DNA of 62,732 bases, counting the filler, from Coriobacteriales bacterium (GTDB lineage Bacteria > Actinomycetota > Coriobacteriia > Coriobacteriales > UBA8131), in the NCBI GenBank assembly GCA_031263105.1. It is 5 parts of 5 records of this genome, joined end to end, with 100 filler letters (N's around TTAATTAATTAA, not from the genome) between each part and the next. Parts side by side here need not be neighbours in the genome. Positions count along the whole stretch, not along the records: positions 1 to 16,329 come from JAISGJ010000119.1; 4 more parts are not named here. One strand, 5' to 3'. The translations under genes were made by a program, and so were the position numbers. Under the pieces are notes generated by a model that made no database searches, was not told where the DNA came from, and saw only the letters and a list, made by a program, of their open reading frames with translations. Shown in pieces: positions 1 through 9,013 of this stretch (position 1 is its first letter; each line of letters begins with the position of its first letter).

Positions 1-90
1 GGCCCGGGGTGGCAGCGGGGGCCCGGGGTGGCAGCGGGGGCCCGGGGTGGCAGCGGGGGCCCGGGGTGGCAGCGGGGTGCGAACAGGAAC
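1..90. repeat. Right-end remnant of the REP-like element: ~4 tandem 19-mers GGGGGCCCGGGGTGGCAGC
   Basis: The 19-bp unit is a transition variant of GGGGGCTCGGGATGACAGT seen at 16291-16310; it is followed by GGGGTGCGAACAG like the end of copy 26751-26905. Confidence 0.7.
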
Positions 91-127
91 TGGTGGGCGC
101 TGCGTGCGGTGCCGCGCAATGCCTCCC

Positions 128-156
128 TCGACTTTCGCAGGCTGTTCGGGTAGTAT
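128..156 (+). promoter_or_regulatory. Putative sigma-70-type promoter of rpsO
   Basis: TCGACT-17 nt-TAGTAT upstream of rpsO. Confidence 0.55.
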
Positions 157-160
157 GTAC

Positions 161-246
161 CGGTTGTGTAAACTGCCTTCCGCTTGGAGCGACGCTTCCA
201 CCGGCGCGCGTCCCGGCCCAAGGCGCATGAAACGAAAGGTGGAACC
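161..246 (+). promoter_or_regulatory. Possible S15 autoregulatory leader in the rpsO 5' UTR
   Basis: ~85-nt leader with complementary segments (CTTGG/CCAAG, GACGC/GCGTC); S15 leaders are known upstream of rpsO; structure not verified. Confidence 0.3.
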
Positions 247-522
247 ATGCCGCTGAGCAAAGAGAGAACGGCGGAGATCATTGCGGACTTCGGCAAGGAC
301 GCGAAGGACTCCGGCTCCGCAGAGGTCCAGGTCGCACTCCTCACCGCACGCATCAGGGACCTCACCGAGCACCTCAAGATCCACAAGAAGGACCATCACA
401 CGCGTCGAGGGCTGCTCATGCTCGTCGGCAGGCGCAGGCGCCTGCTGACCTACATCAAGAGGCGAGACATCGCAGGCTACCGTGCGCTCATCGCAAAGCT
501 CGGCATCCGCGACAACATCTGA
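247..522 (+). CDS. rpsO: 30S ribosomal protein S15
   Basis: [29 protein letters not shown] motifs; AAAGGTGG RBS; start reassigned to ATG 247. Confidence 0.98.
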   Translation: MPLSKERTAEIIADFGKDAKDSGSAEVQVALLTARIRDLTEHLKIHKKDHHTRRGLLMLVGRRRRLLTYIKRRDIAGYRALIAKLGIRDNI

Positions 523-541
523 CGCGGCAGGAACGCAGCTG

Positions 542-572
542 AAGGGAGTGCTTCCCCAAGCACTCCCTTTTT
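542..572 (+). terminator. Intrinsic terminator between rpsO and pnp
   Basis: AAGGGAGTGCTT-CCCC-AAGCACTCCCTT followed by TTT. Confidence 0.85.
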
Positions 573-603
573 CACAAGGCAGTACGAAAAGGAAGAAGAA
601 CAC

Positions 604-2802
604 ATGGCAAAGATCACAGAGACCTTCACACTGTACGGCAAGGAGTACACGCTGACGACGGGCGAGGTCGCCCGGCAGGCCACCGGCGCCGTCGTCGTCA
701 CCCAGGGGGACACCGTCCTGCTGGTGACGGCCGTCGTCTCGGACGAGCGCAAGGACTACGACTTCCTCCCGCTGACCGTCGATTTCGTGGAGCGCATGTA
801 TGCGGTGGGGCGCATCCCCGGCGGCTACCTCAAGCGGGAGTCCCGCCCCTCCGACAAGGGGACGCTCACCGCACGCATGATAGACCGCCCGGTCCGCCCC
901 GGCTTCCCCGACGGCTTCCGCAACGAGGTGCACATCGTCGCGACGACGCTCTCGGCCGACCAGACGAACCAGCCGGACGTCATCTCCATCATGGGCGCCT
1001 CGGCCGCGCTGCTCGTCGGCGGCGTGCCCTTCGACGGCCCTGCCGCCGGCGTGCGCATCGGCCGCAACCGCGAGACGGGCGAGTTCATCGTGAACCCGAC
1101 CTTCGAGGAGGAGGCGGACTCCGACCTCGAGCTGACGCTCGCCGGCACGGCGGACTACCTCTCGATGGTCGAGGCCGGCGCCGACGAGGTGTCCGAGGAG
1201 GACATGCTCGCGGCCATGCAGTTCGGCCAGGAGGCCATCGCCGAGTTCTGCAAGGCGCAGCAGCGCCTCATCGACCGCGTCGCCCCCGAGCCGCGCACCT
1301 ATCCGCTGGACGAGCCGGCCCCCGAGGTCGCCGAGCGCGTCGCGCCGTACTTCGAGCAGATGGGCGCCGCCCTGCGCGACGCGGACAAGCAGTCGCGCAC
1401 CGAGAAGGTCGCCGCCCTCAAGGCGGAGGTCACGGCGACCTTCGGCGAGGACGAGCTTGCCGCATGGGGCAAGGAGGTCAAGGCCCAGCTCAAGGCCTTG
1501 GAGAAGAAGGCCATGCGCGAGATGGTCCTCACGACGGGCGAGCGCGTCGACGGGCGGGCCACAGACGAGATCCGCCCCATCTCCATCACGCCGGGCTTCC
1601 TGCCGCGTGCGCACGGCTCCGGCCTGTTCACGCGTGGGCAGACCCAGGTGCTCTCCGTTCTGACGCTCGGCATGCTCAACGAGTGGCAGCGCCTCGACAC
1701 CATCGATCCCGCCCCCGGCAAACGCTACATCCACCATTACAACTTCCCGCCCTACAGCACGGGCGAGGCAGGCCGCATGGGTGCGCCCAAGCGCCGCGAG
1801 ATCGGCCACGGCTTCCTGGCCGAGCGGGCGCTCCGCCCCGTGCTGCCGGACGAGCTGGACTTCCCCTACACCATCCGCATCGTCTCCGAGGTCACCGAGT
1901 CCAACGGCTCGTCCTCCATGGCGTCCGCCTGCGGCTCGTCGCTTGCGCTCATGGACGCCGGCGTGCCCATCGCCCGCCCGGTCTCCGGCATCGCGATGGG
2001 CCTCATCAAGGAGGGCGACCGCGTCGCCGTCCTCTCGGACATCCAGGGCATCGAGGACTTCCTGGGGGACATGGACTTCAAGGTCTGCGGCACCGAGAAG
2101 GGCATCACGGCCCTCCAGATGGACAACAAGGCCAAGGGCCTGACCGTGGAGATACTCGCCCAGGCGCTCGCCCAGGCGAAGCTCGGGCGCGCCTTCATCC
2201 TCGACAAGATAACCGAGGCCATCTCCGGGCCGCGCACCGAGCTGAGCGAGTACGCGCCGCGCATCATCTCCATCCAGATACCCGTGGACAAGATCCGCGA
2301 CGTCATCGGCAGCGGCGGCAAGGTCATACGCGGCCTGCAGGAGGAGACCGGCGCGACCATCGAGGTCACGGAGGACGGCACGGTCTACATCGCCTCCAAG
2401 GACACGGGCGGCGAGGAGGCCAAGCGCCGCATCGAGCTGATCGTGAAGGTCCCCGAGATCGGCGAGGAGTTCCTGGGCCGCGTCGTCTCCATCCAGAGCT
2501 TCGGCGCCTTCATCGAGCTTCTGCCGGGCAAGGACGGCCTTCTGCACATCAGCCGCGTCGCACGGGGGCACGTCGGCAAGGTGGAGGACGTGCTTGCCAT
2601 CGGCGAGGAGGTCAAGGTCAAGGTCATCGACATCGACGAGAAGGACAAGATATCGCTCGACCGCCTCGACAAGCCCGAGGCCCCCGCAGGCTCCTCTGCC
2701 CCAGGGCGCGACGAGGGCCGCTTCAACCGGGGCCCCGGAGGCCGCAACGACCGCGACCGCAACAGCTCAAGGGACGACCGCCGCCCCCGCAGACGGGGGT
2801 AG
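604..2802 (+). CDS. pnp: Polyribonucleotide nucleotidyltransferase (PNPase)
   Basis: Two RNase PH domains (RGQTQ, ESNGSSSMAS, GDMDFKV), KH (IGSGGKVI) and S1 domains; follows rpsO. Confidence 0.98.
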   Translation: MAKITETFTLYGKEYTLTTGEVARQATGAVVVTQGDTVLLVTAVVSDERKDYDFLPLTVDFVERMYAVGRIPGGYLKRESRPSDKGTLTARMIDRPVRPGFPDGFRNEVHIVATTLSADQTNQPDVISIMGASAALLVGGVPFDGPAAGVRIGRNRETGEFIVNPTFEEEADSDLELTLAGTADYLSMVEAGADEVSEEDMLAAMQFGQEAIAEFCKAQQRLIDRVAPEPRTYPLDEPAPEVAERVAPYFEQMGAALRDADKQSRTEKVAALKAEVTATFGEDELAAWGKEVKAQLKALEKKAMREMVLTTGERVDGRATDEIRPISITPGFLPRAHGSGLFTRGQTQVLSVLTLGMLNEWQRLDTIDPAPGKRYIHHYNFPPYSTGEAGRMGAPKRREIGHGFLAERALRPVLPDELDFPYTIRIVSEVTESNGSSSMASACGSSLALMDAGVPIARPVSGIAMGLIKEGDRVAVLSDIQGIEDFLGDMDFKVCGTEKGITALQMDNKAKGLTVEILAQALAQAKLGRAFILDKITEAISGPRTELSEYAPRIISIQIPVDKIRDVIGSGGKVIRGLQEETGATIEVTEDGTVYIASKDTGGEEAKRRIELIVKVPEIGEEFLGRVVSIQSFGAFIELLPGKDGLLHISRVARGHVGKVEDVLAIGEEVKVKVIDIDEKDKISLDRLDKPEAPAGSSAPGRDEGRFNRGPGGRNDRDRNSSRDDRRPRRRG

Positions 2803-2825
2803 GGAAGCGCCGCAGACAATGCCAT

Positions 2826-2876
2826 AGACGCAGGCGCGCCCCCGGAAGCACTTCCTCCGGGGGCGCGTCTGCGTCT
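2826..2876. terminator. Long GC-rich hairpin between convergent genes (likely bidirectional terminator)
   Basis: AGACGCAGGCGCGCCCCCGGA...TCCGGGGGCGCGTCTGCGTCT inverted repeat. Confidence 0.65.
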
Positions 2877-2913
2877 GCAACGGACCTGTCGGCACTGCGG
2901 GACGGCCTGCCGT

Positions 2914-3279
2914 CTACGTGTCGGTGCCGGCTCCTCCTTCTTCTCCCTCCAGGCGCTTCTCGGCAAGGGCGAGGCGTTGGGCGAGGTCGACGATCTGCTG
3001 GTTGGCGCGGGAGAGCTTGAGGGTGACCGAGAACAGCTTCATGAGCAGGAGGAAGACGACGGCGAGGAAGACGAAGTTGGCGGGGGACTCGAAGCCGAGC
3101 ATCCGGGAGAGCCCTATGGCCGCATGGGGGAACACGCTGGCGACGAGCAACAGGAGGCTTATCAGGATCCAGGAGACGGCATAGTCGATCTGCAGGCGCT
3201 TGCGCCGTATCTGCACGATGAGGAAGACGAGCGTAAGGAGCGACCCCAGGATCAGCAGGACCCTCAACGACGGTGCCAT
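2914..3279 (-). CDS. DUF2304-family small membrane protein (GacJ/WpsB-like)
   Basis: Three hydrophobic segments, LGFESPANFVF motif, C-terminal LAQRLAL; overlaps the upstream GT2. Confidence 0.85.
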   Translation of the reverse strand: MAPSLRVLLILGSLLTLVFLIVQIRRKRLQIDYAVSWILISLLLLVASVFPHAAIGLSRMLGFESPANFVFLAVVFLLLMKLFSVTLKLSRANQQIVDLAQRLALAEKRLEGEEGGAGTDT

Positions 3280-4157
3280 TGTCCATCCTCTCTGTGGCTT
3301 GCAAGTCCGGGCGTGGCGGTCGGCTCCGTCCGGCCTTTGTCCGCAGCGCCTGCCGTCGGACGAGGGGGCGCGGCGGCGGCCTTTGGCTCCGAGGGCGGCC
3401 CGAGGAGACCGAGGCTTCCCTTACGGAAGAATTGTACCAGCAAAATGGAGACGGCCATGCGCAGCATGTAGCGCACCGAGGACAGCGGGCCCAGGTAGCT
3501 CGTCCCTGCCGCACGCTCGTTCATCACTACGGGCACCTCCTGCACACGTGCGCCCAGCCTGACCAGGTGGCTCACGGTGTCGGGCTCAGGGGTCATGTCG
3601 CCTTGGGTCGCGAAGGCCTTGACGACCCGTCTGCCATAGACGCGCAGGCCGCTCGTGGGGTCGGTGAGCCTTTGGCCCGTGGTGGCACGGACGGCCCAGG
3701 AGATGAGCCTGCTGCCCGCCATCCGCAAAGACCTCGGTTTCGGGTCGAGGAGGAAGCGGCTTCCGCAGACGATGTCGAAGCCGGCATCGAGGGCATCGAG
3801 CATTCCCTCCAGGTACTCCGGCCTGTGCTGGCCGTCGGCGTCGAACTGGACGACGGCCCCGTACCCTCTCTCATAGGCGTACCGCATGCCGGCACCTACC
3901 GCCGCGCTCAGGCCGAGGTTGGTGGCGAGGTCTATGAGGGGGAAGCCTCGCTGACGGCAGATCAGCGCTGTCGTGTCGGTGCTCCCGTCGTTCACCACGA
4001 CGAAGTCCAGGTCGGGGCATGTGTCGCGAAGGCCCTCCACTGTGGCGACGATGCTCTCCGCCTCGTTGTGGGCCGGTATGACGAGCAGTGCACGGGCGGG
4101 GCCTGCGGAGGATGTCGGGCCGCCCGTCTCGCTCGTCATGTCGTCCTTTGCGCTCAT
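3264..4157 (-). CDS. GT2 polyprenyl-phosphate glycosyltransferase (DPM1/GacI-like)
   Basis: IPAHNE, VNDGSTD, FDADGQH, GSRF, DPTSGLR motifs. Confidence 0.9.
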   Translation of the reverse strand: MSAKDDMTSETGGPTSSAGPARALLVIPAHNEAESIVATVEGLRDTCPDLDFVVVNDGSTDTTALICRQRGFPLIDLATNLGLSAAVGAGMRYAYERGYGAVVQFDADGQHRPEYLEGMLDALDAGFDIVCGSRFLLDPKPRSLRMAGSRLISWAVRATTGQRLTDPTSGLRVYGRRVVKAFATQGDMTPEPDTVSHLVRLGARVQEVPVVMNERAAGTSYLGPLSSVRYMLRMAVSILLVQFFRKGSLGLLGPPSEPKAAAAPPRPTAGAADKGRTEPTATPGLASHREDGQWHRR

Positions 4158-5422
4158 GACGCCCTCGCGCCCCCTTCGGCATCCCCGGCACCCTCGGCTC
4201 CCAGGCGCCTTGTGCCGACAAGGACCATGATGCCGAACAGGACGAGGACGGGCACCTGGGACAGGACGAACGCCACGCAGGCCCCCGTAAGGCCCAGGCC
4301 GACGATGGCAAGGACGGTCATGGCCGCCGCCGCAGCGGCCCCTATGCTGTATGCCAACAGGATGCCCTTCTGCCTGCGCATGATGACCAGCACGCTGTAG
4401 AGCAGCTGGTTGAGCGCGAACAGCCCCCCTCCGACGATGAGCAGCGACGCCTCAAGGGGAAACCCGCCGAGGTCGACCGCGTACAGCAAGGTCAGGAGGG
4501 GGATGCCGAGCGGCGGCATCGCCAGGGCGACGAGGGCCGTCATCGCGACGACGACGGCCGCCTTCTGCGCGACAAGGCGATGGAAGCCCCTTCTGTCGGC
4601 GTCCCGCAAGGCGCGGGCGATGCTGCTGAGGGCCGGGTTGAAGACGAACTGGCTTATCAGATTGATGACGAGTGCGGGCAGCACGATCATGCTGAAGTAG
4701 CCCTGTGCCTCATCGTCCATGAGGTAGTCGATGCCGTAGCGCGGCGCGTTGAAGACCAGCAGCACGAGGAAGGACGCGACGAAGAGGGGCAGGCACTCCT
4801 TGAGGAGCGCACGGGCCGCACCGGGACGGGCGCCGGGCAGGCCTCGATGGTAGGGCCGCGCCCAACGTGCGCCCCACAGCAAGATCCCCAGGAGGCTTGC
4901 GAGGGTCGATGCCGCCAACGCAAGGCCGATGCTGGCCGTCAGGGCCTGTACGACGACGAAGGCCAGCAGCGCGGCCCCCACACGGAAGGCGAGCGCCTGC
5001 CCGGAGAGGTCGAGGCGGTCCTCCCGGAAAAGGAGGCTCTGGTACAGGTCGCCGAAGGCGTGGGTCAGGAAGAACGCGACAAGCAGCGCCGTGAAGAGCC
5101 TTTTCTCGGGCTCCGCCATCCCCCAGGCGACGAGGGGCACGCAGGCCAGCGCCATCAGCAGGCAGGTGAGCATACGCGCCTTGGCATAGTCGGCAAAGGC
5201 GTACTGCCTTTTGTAGTCCGTCATCTGGAAGAGGTTGACGCCGAAGAGGCCGACAAGGTAGAGCAGCTGCGCGACGGCCAGCGCGATGCCGAAGCAGCCC
5301 ACCGCAGCGACGCTCGAGGTCCGGCTCACCACGACGACCATGACGAGCGTGTTGGCGGCGAACAGGGCGCTGCCGACCGCGTTCCAGACCACGCCTTTTC
5401 TCCGTTGTGCCGACTCGTCCAC
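4154..5422 (-). CDS. Wzx-like oligosaccharide flippase / polysaccharide biosynthesis membrane protein
   Basis: ~12 hydrophobic segments, FQMTD and NAPRYGID motifs; GTG start inferred at 5422. Confidence 0.8.
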   Translation of the reverse strand: MDESAQRRKGVVWNAVGSALFAANTLVMVVVVSRTSSVAAVGCFGIALAVAQLLYLVGLFGVNLFQMTDYKRQYAFADYAKARMLTCLLMALACVPLVAWGMAEPEKRLFTALLVAFFLTHAFGDLYQSLLFREDRLDLSGQALAFRVGAALLAFVVVQALTASIGLALAASTLASLLGILLWGARWARPYHRGLPGARPGAARALLKECLPLFVASFLVLLVFNAPRYGIDYLMDDEAQGYFSMIVLPALVINLISQFVFNPALSSIARALRDADRRGFHRLVAQKAAVVVAMTALVALAMPPLGIPLLTLLYAVDLGGFPLEASLLIVGGGLFALNQLLYSVLVIMRRQKGILLAYSIGAAAAAAMTVLAIVGLGLTGACVAFVLSQVPVLVLFGIMVLVGTRRLGAEGAGDAEGGARAS

Positions 5423-5505
5423 CCGAACACTCCCTGCACGAGGTTGCCTGTGACGCCTGCCGTGCCCGTGATGCCGATGGCACCCGTGACGCAGCCGCCA
5501 CCATT

Positions 5506-6561
5506 CTACCAGTACCGTATGCCCCACCGACGGACGGCCGCCTGGCGCAGGAGGCCGAGAAGGGGCAGCATCAGGTGGAGCCTCTGGCACAGGAGCGCCC
5601 CGGACAGCCCGAGGTTCCTCCCCCTATGGCCCAAGACGTAGCCGGGCGAGCAGAAACGGCTTCGGGAGTACCGGGGGAAGTCCCGTTCGAGCACGGCCCT
5701 CGCCCATCCGAGCGCCTGCGAAAGCGGCATCTCGCGGGCCGCCTCCAGACGCAGGGGGAGCGAGACCCCCAGGTGCGTGAAGGCGACGAGGTCGTACAGC
5801 GCCTGCATCTCCTCGCTCCCGCCCCCTTCTGCCAGCAGCCGCTTCGCCTCCAACAACCCGAGACGGAGGAGGTCGAGGTCGGCGAGGCCCACGTCGGACA
5901 TCAGGGAGCCGGGCCTGACGCGGTACTCGTACAGCGGCTCTGCGACACAGGCGATGCGCCCGACGTGCGGGTAGGCGAGGAGCTGGAAGACCACGTCCTC
6001 GCCGACACGGGGAGGCACGGGCACCCGTCCCGTGTCCTTGAGGGAGGCGGCACGGTAGAGCTTGTTCCAGACGGCCGTGTTGACCGCAAGCAGGATGCCC
6101 GGATCCTCGTCGATGTCGCAGGGCCCCTGTCCAAGGCCGCACATCTCCTCCGAGAGGAGCCGCCCGTCCGCCGCATCGACGCGTCTGAACCCGCAGACGA
6201 CCAGGTCGGCGGAGGCCTCCTGTGCGCGCCCGAGCAGGGTCGCGTACATGTTGGGCGCCGGCCTGTCGCCGCAGTCGCAGAATCCGATGTGGCTCCCTTG
6301 GGCATGCGCCAGACCGGTGAGGCGCGCGCGTCCGGCCCCGTGGTTCTCCGTATGGACGACCGTCAGCGCGGGGCGGCATGCCGCATACGAGTCGAGGATG
6401 CTCCCGCTCGCATCGGTGCTGCCGTCGTCGACGGCCACGACCTGGATGTCCGTCCCCTCCTGCCCGAGCAGGGCATCGAGGCAGGCAGGCAGGTCGTCCG
6501 CGCCGTCATGGACCGGGAGGACGACGCTGACGACGTCGGCGGCACTGGGGGGCGCAGGCAT
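5506..6561 (-). CDS. GT2 glycosyltransferase
   Basis: VSVVLPVH, VDDGSTD, VWNKLY, GEDVVF, YEYRVRPGS motifs; start reassigned to ATG 6561. Confidence 0.88.
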   Translation of the reverse strand: MPAPPSAADVVSVVLPVHDGADDLPACLDALLGQEGTDIQVVAVDDGSTDASGSILDSYAACRPALTVVHTENHGAGRARLTGLAHAQGSHIGFCDCGDRPAPNMYATLLGRAQEASADLVVCGFRRVDAADGRLLSEEMCGLGQGPCDIDEDPGILLAVNTAVWNKLYRAASLKDTGRVPVPPRVGEDVVFQLLAYPHVGRIACVAEPLYEYRVRPGSLMSDVGLADLDLLRLGLLEAKRLLAEGGGSEEMQALYDLVAFTHLGVSLPLRLEAAREMPLSQALGWARAVLERDFPRYSRSRFCSPGYVLGHRGRNLGLSGALLCQRLHLMLPLLGLLRQAAVRRWGIRYW

Positions 6562-6571
6562 GGGGGCCGCC

Positions 6572-8176
6572 TCAGAGGGCCTGGACGAAGGCCAGGAACA
6601 CATCGAGCGCGCCCAGGCAACAGAAGAGGTAGAGGCTCGGGCGCCAGAGGGCCTTGGCGGGTCGGACGAGGCCGTACAGGGAGAGCGCAAGGAGCGGGAG
6701 CGTGGGGACGAGGTAGCGGCCCTGTGCGCCGGCGAGCAGCGGGGACCCGACGGGCGTCCAGCTCACCGAGGCCAGAAGAACCAGCACGTAGACGGTGAGG
6801 GCGATCGCCAGCATGAGGACCCGCGCACTTCTCCGCATCCGCAAAGGCTCCTCGCCTGCGGCAGGGGAGGCGTTGAGCATAAGGAGGGCGAAGACGAGGT
6901 AGTGGGCCCACATCGGCAGCCTGCTCGCGAAGGAGAAGCCGGAGGGGAGGTCGACGAACAGGTCCAGGTGCATGAGGGCGCTCACACCGAAGACCTTGAG
7001 GGCGGACGCGGGCTCTGCGAGGAAGGTCCGCAGGGTGTACGAGTCGGGGTATGCGGCACTGAGGCTCTGCCCTGCGGTCATCTCGGCCACGGCCCCCGAT
7101 GCCTGGCCCGAGGAGAACAGCCCGACGGCGGCAAGCCCGAGCACGAGGATTCCGCCGCACCACAGCAACCTGAAGCGGCGGCACGGCCACTTCCCCTTGG
7201 GGATCACGACCGGCAGGAACAGGAGGGGGAAGTAGACGTACTTCAGGGGTGCCAACAGGACGCCGAGCACCGCCAGAAGGACGATGTCGCGCGGGCGGAC
7301 GCGCTCGGCCTCATAGGCCAGGCGCAGCACGTGGGCGACGAGGAGGAAGGCAAGGACGTTGATCGTGTTGTCGTAGGAGAAGGTCCCGGCGGATGCGAGG
7401 ACGAAGGGCACGAGGCCGAGCAGGACGAAAAGGGCCTTGAAGCGCCGAGGGGCCGCACGGACGGCCAGGTGCACCATGAGGACAGAGAACGCCAGCGAGA
7501 ACAGCTTTGCCACATAAAGGGTGGGAACCTTCCCCAGATGCAGGGCGTGCGCGACCGTCACGCCGAGGGCGGAGGGGAGGTACTGGTAGAACACGCCCAC
7601 GTCCTCGACCGTGAGCGTGGCGGTCGCGCCACGGTCGCGTTCGGCCTCGAAGAGGTGCCCGGCCATGAGGCGGTAGTCACCGACGTCGGTCAGGTGGTGG
7701 TCGAACTGCCTGCCGTCTCCGACCGAAGGGACATTGGCATCCTCGGCGCGTCCCACCCAGCTGAGCCGGCCGTCCTCGGTGACGCCGTGCTCCGCGCCCA
7801 GTGCGACGTCCGAGTAGTAGATCGCCAGGTACACGTGGTCGTCCTCGTCGAACCAGCTGTAGGGGGTGCGGACGAGCAGAAGGAGCAGCCCGAACACCGT
7901 CGCCGCGACGAGGAAGACGGCCCCCATCCCCATGCGCCTCACGAACACGAGGTACCAGAGAGCCGGGATCGCGGCGGTGAGGGGCACGAAGATCGCGAGG
8001 TAGAGGCCGATGAGCGGCCCTGCCTCGCCTGCCGGGGAGCCCTCCCGCATGCTGCGGAACGCGACGGCGTCCACAGCCAGGCAGACGAGCACGAGCGCGG
8101 CAACGACCAGAAGGGGCCTTCGCCCCTTGGCCCAGGCAGCAGGGGAGGCGGGCGGCCCCGTATCGGTTCCCCTCAA
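6572..8176 (-). CDS. DUF2142-like polytopic membrane protein (putative GT-C glycosyltransferase)
   Basis: Multi-TM with FDEDDH, FSYD, KYVY and GAQGRYLVP motifs; TTG start after GAAGGGAGG. Confidence 0.75.
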   Translation of the reverse strand: MRGTDTGPPASPAAWAKGRRPLLVVAALVLVCLAVDAVAFRSMREGSPAGEAGPLIGLYLAIFVPLTAAIPALWYLVFVRRMGMGAVFLVAATVFGLLLLLVRTPYSWFDEDDHVYLAIYYSDVALGAEHGVTEDGRLSWVGRAEDANVPSVGDGRQFDHHLTDVGDYRLMAGHLFEAERDRGATATLTVEDVGVFYQYLPSALGVTVAHALHLGKVPTLYVAKLFSLAFSVLMVHLAVRAAPRRFKALFVLLGLVPFVLASAGTFSYDNTINVLAFLLVAHVLRLAYEAERVRPRDIVLLAVLGVLLAPLKYVYFPLLFLPVVIPKGKWPCRRFRLLWCGGILVLGLAAVGLFSSGQASGAVAEMTAGQSLSAAYPDSYTLRTFLAEPASALKVFGVSALMHLDLFVDLPSGFSFASRLPMWAHYLVFALLMLNASPAAGEEPLRMRRSARVLMLAIALTVYVLVLLASVSWTPVGSPLLAGAQGRYLVPTLPLLALSLYGLVRPAKALWRPSLYLFCCLGALDVFLAFVQAL

Positions 8177-8246
8177 GGCTCTCCCTCCCTTCTGTGCGTG
8201 CGGACAGTAGCAGAAGTGTAACACAGGACGTAAAAGAGCCGCCCCC

Positions 8247-8408
8247 GTTACACGTCACACCCCACTGTCATTCCGAGCCCCGCCGAGGAATCCTTGGACA
8301 CGCAGTGTCCAACGGCAGGTCAGGGGGCCCTTCGACCAGCGGTCGACCGCTGGCGCGGCCGAGGATTCCTCGACAGGCTCGGAATGACAGTGGGGCGTGA
8401 CGTGTAAC
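8247..8408. repeat. REP/REPIN-like palindromic element, complete copy (162 bp)
   Basis: Terminal IR GTTACACGTCACACCCCACTGTCATTCCGAGCC / GGCTCGGAATGACAGTGGGGCGTGACGTGTAAC; internal hairpins. Confidence 0.9.
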
Positions 8409-8517
8409 CCGCCTCCTTCCTGTCCCCTTTCCGTAATGCCTCCTGCGTTCTCCTGCCGCAGGTCTTGCGCTACAATGGTGGCACCGGTCCTATAAACCAC
8501 GAGTCGAGGAGCAGAAC

Positions 8518-9012
8518 ATGAGCGAAGAGAACGTGCCGGAGGCCTCCCAGCCCGTCACGCCCGAGCCGCAGCCCGTCCCACAGCCCGAGCAGGCGCCCCC
8601 GCCCCCGCCCGAAGCGCAACAGGCGCCCTACGTCCCGCCGCAGGGCCCTGCGCCGGGCTACCAGTACGCCCCGCAGCCCGAGCAGCCCTACGCCCCGCAG
8701 CCGGGCTACCAGTATGCGCCCGCACAGGCGCCCTCCTCGCGCACCCAGGGCATCGGCAGCCCCCAGAAGGACAAGTGGGTCGCTGCGGTGCTCGCCTTCG
8801 TCCTCGGCACCCTGGGCATCCACAAGTTCTACCTCGGCTACAAGACCGAGGGCATCATCATGCTCCTCGTCACCATCTTGGGGGCGCCCTGTTTCGGGCT
8901 GGGCATCCTGGTCATGGCGGTCATCTCCCTTATCGAGGCCGTGCGCTACGTCATCCTCACGCAGGACGACTTCGAGCGCACCTACGTCTACGGCTCGAAG
9001 AGCTGGTTTTAA
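8518..9012 (+). CDS. TM2 (NINE) domain protein with Pro/Gln-rich N-terminus
   Basis: KDKWVAAVLAFVLGTLGIHKFYLG; GAGGAG RBS; TACAAT at 8471. Confidence 0.88.
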   Translation: MSEENVPEASQPVTPEPQPVPQPEQAPPPPPEAQQAPYVPPQGPAPGYQYAPQPEQPYAPQPGYQYAPAQAPSSRTQGIGSPQKDKWVAAVLAFVLGTLGIHKFYLGYKTEGIIMLLVTILGAPCFGLGILVMAVISLIEAVRYVILTQDDFERTYVYGSKSWF

Positions 9013-9013
9013 C

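Noticed and set aside
1..77. A-to-G/T-to-C hypermutated REP arms (also 16430-16482 and 59921-59970) as a DGR or deaminase signature
   Set aside because: Seen only at sequence or contig starts, twice beside poly-G, so low-quality read ends are the simpler explanation; no reverse transcriptase is present
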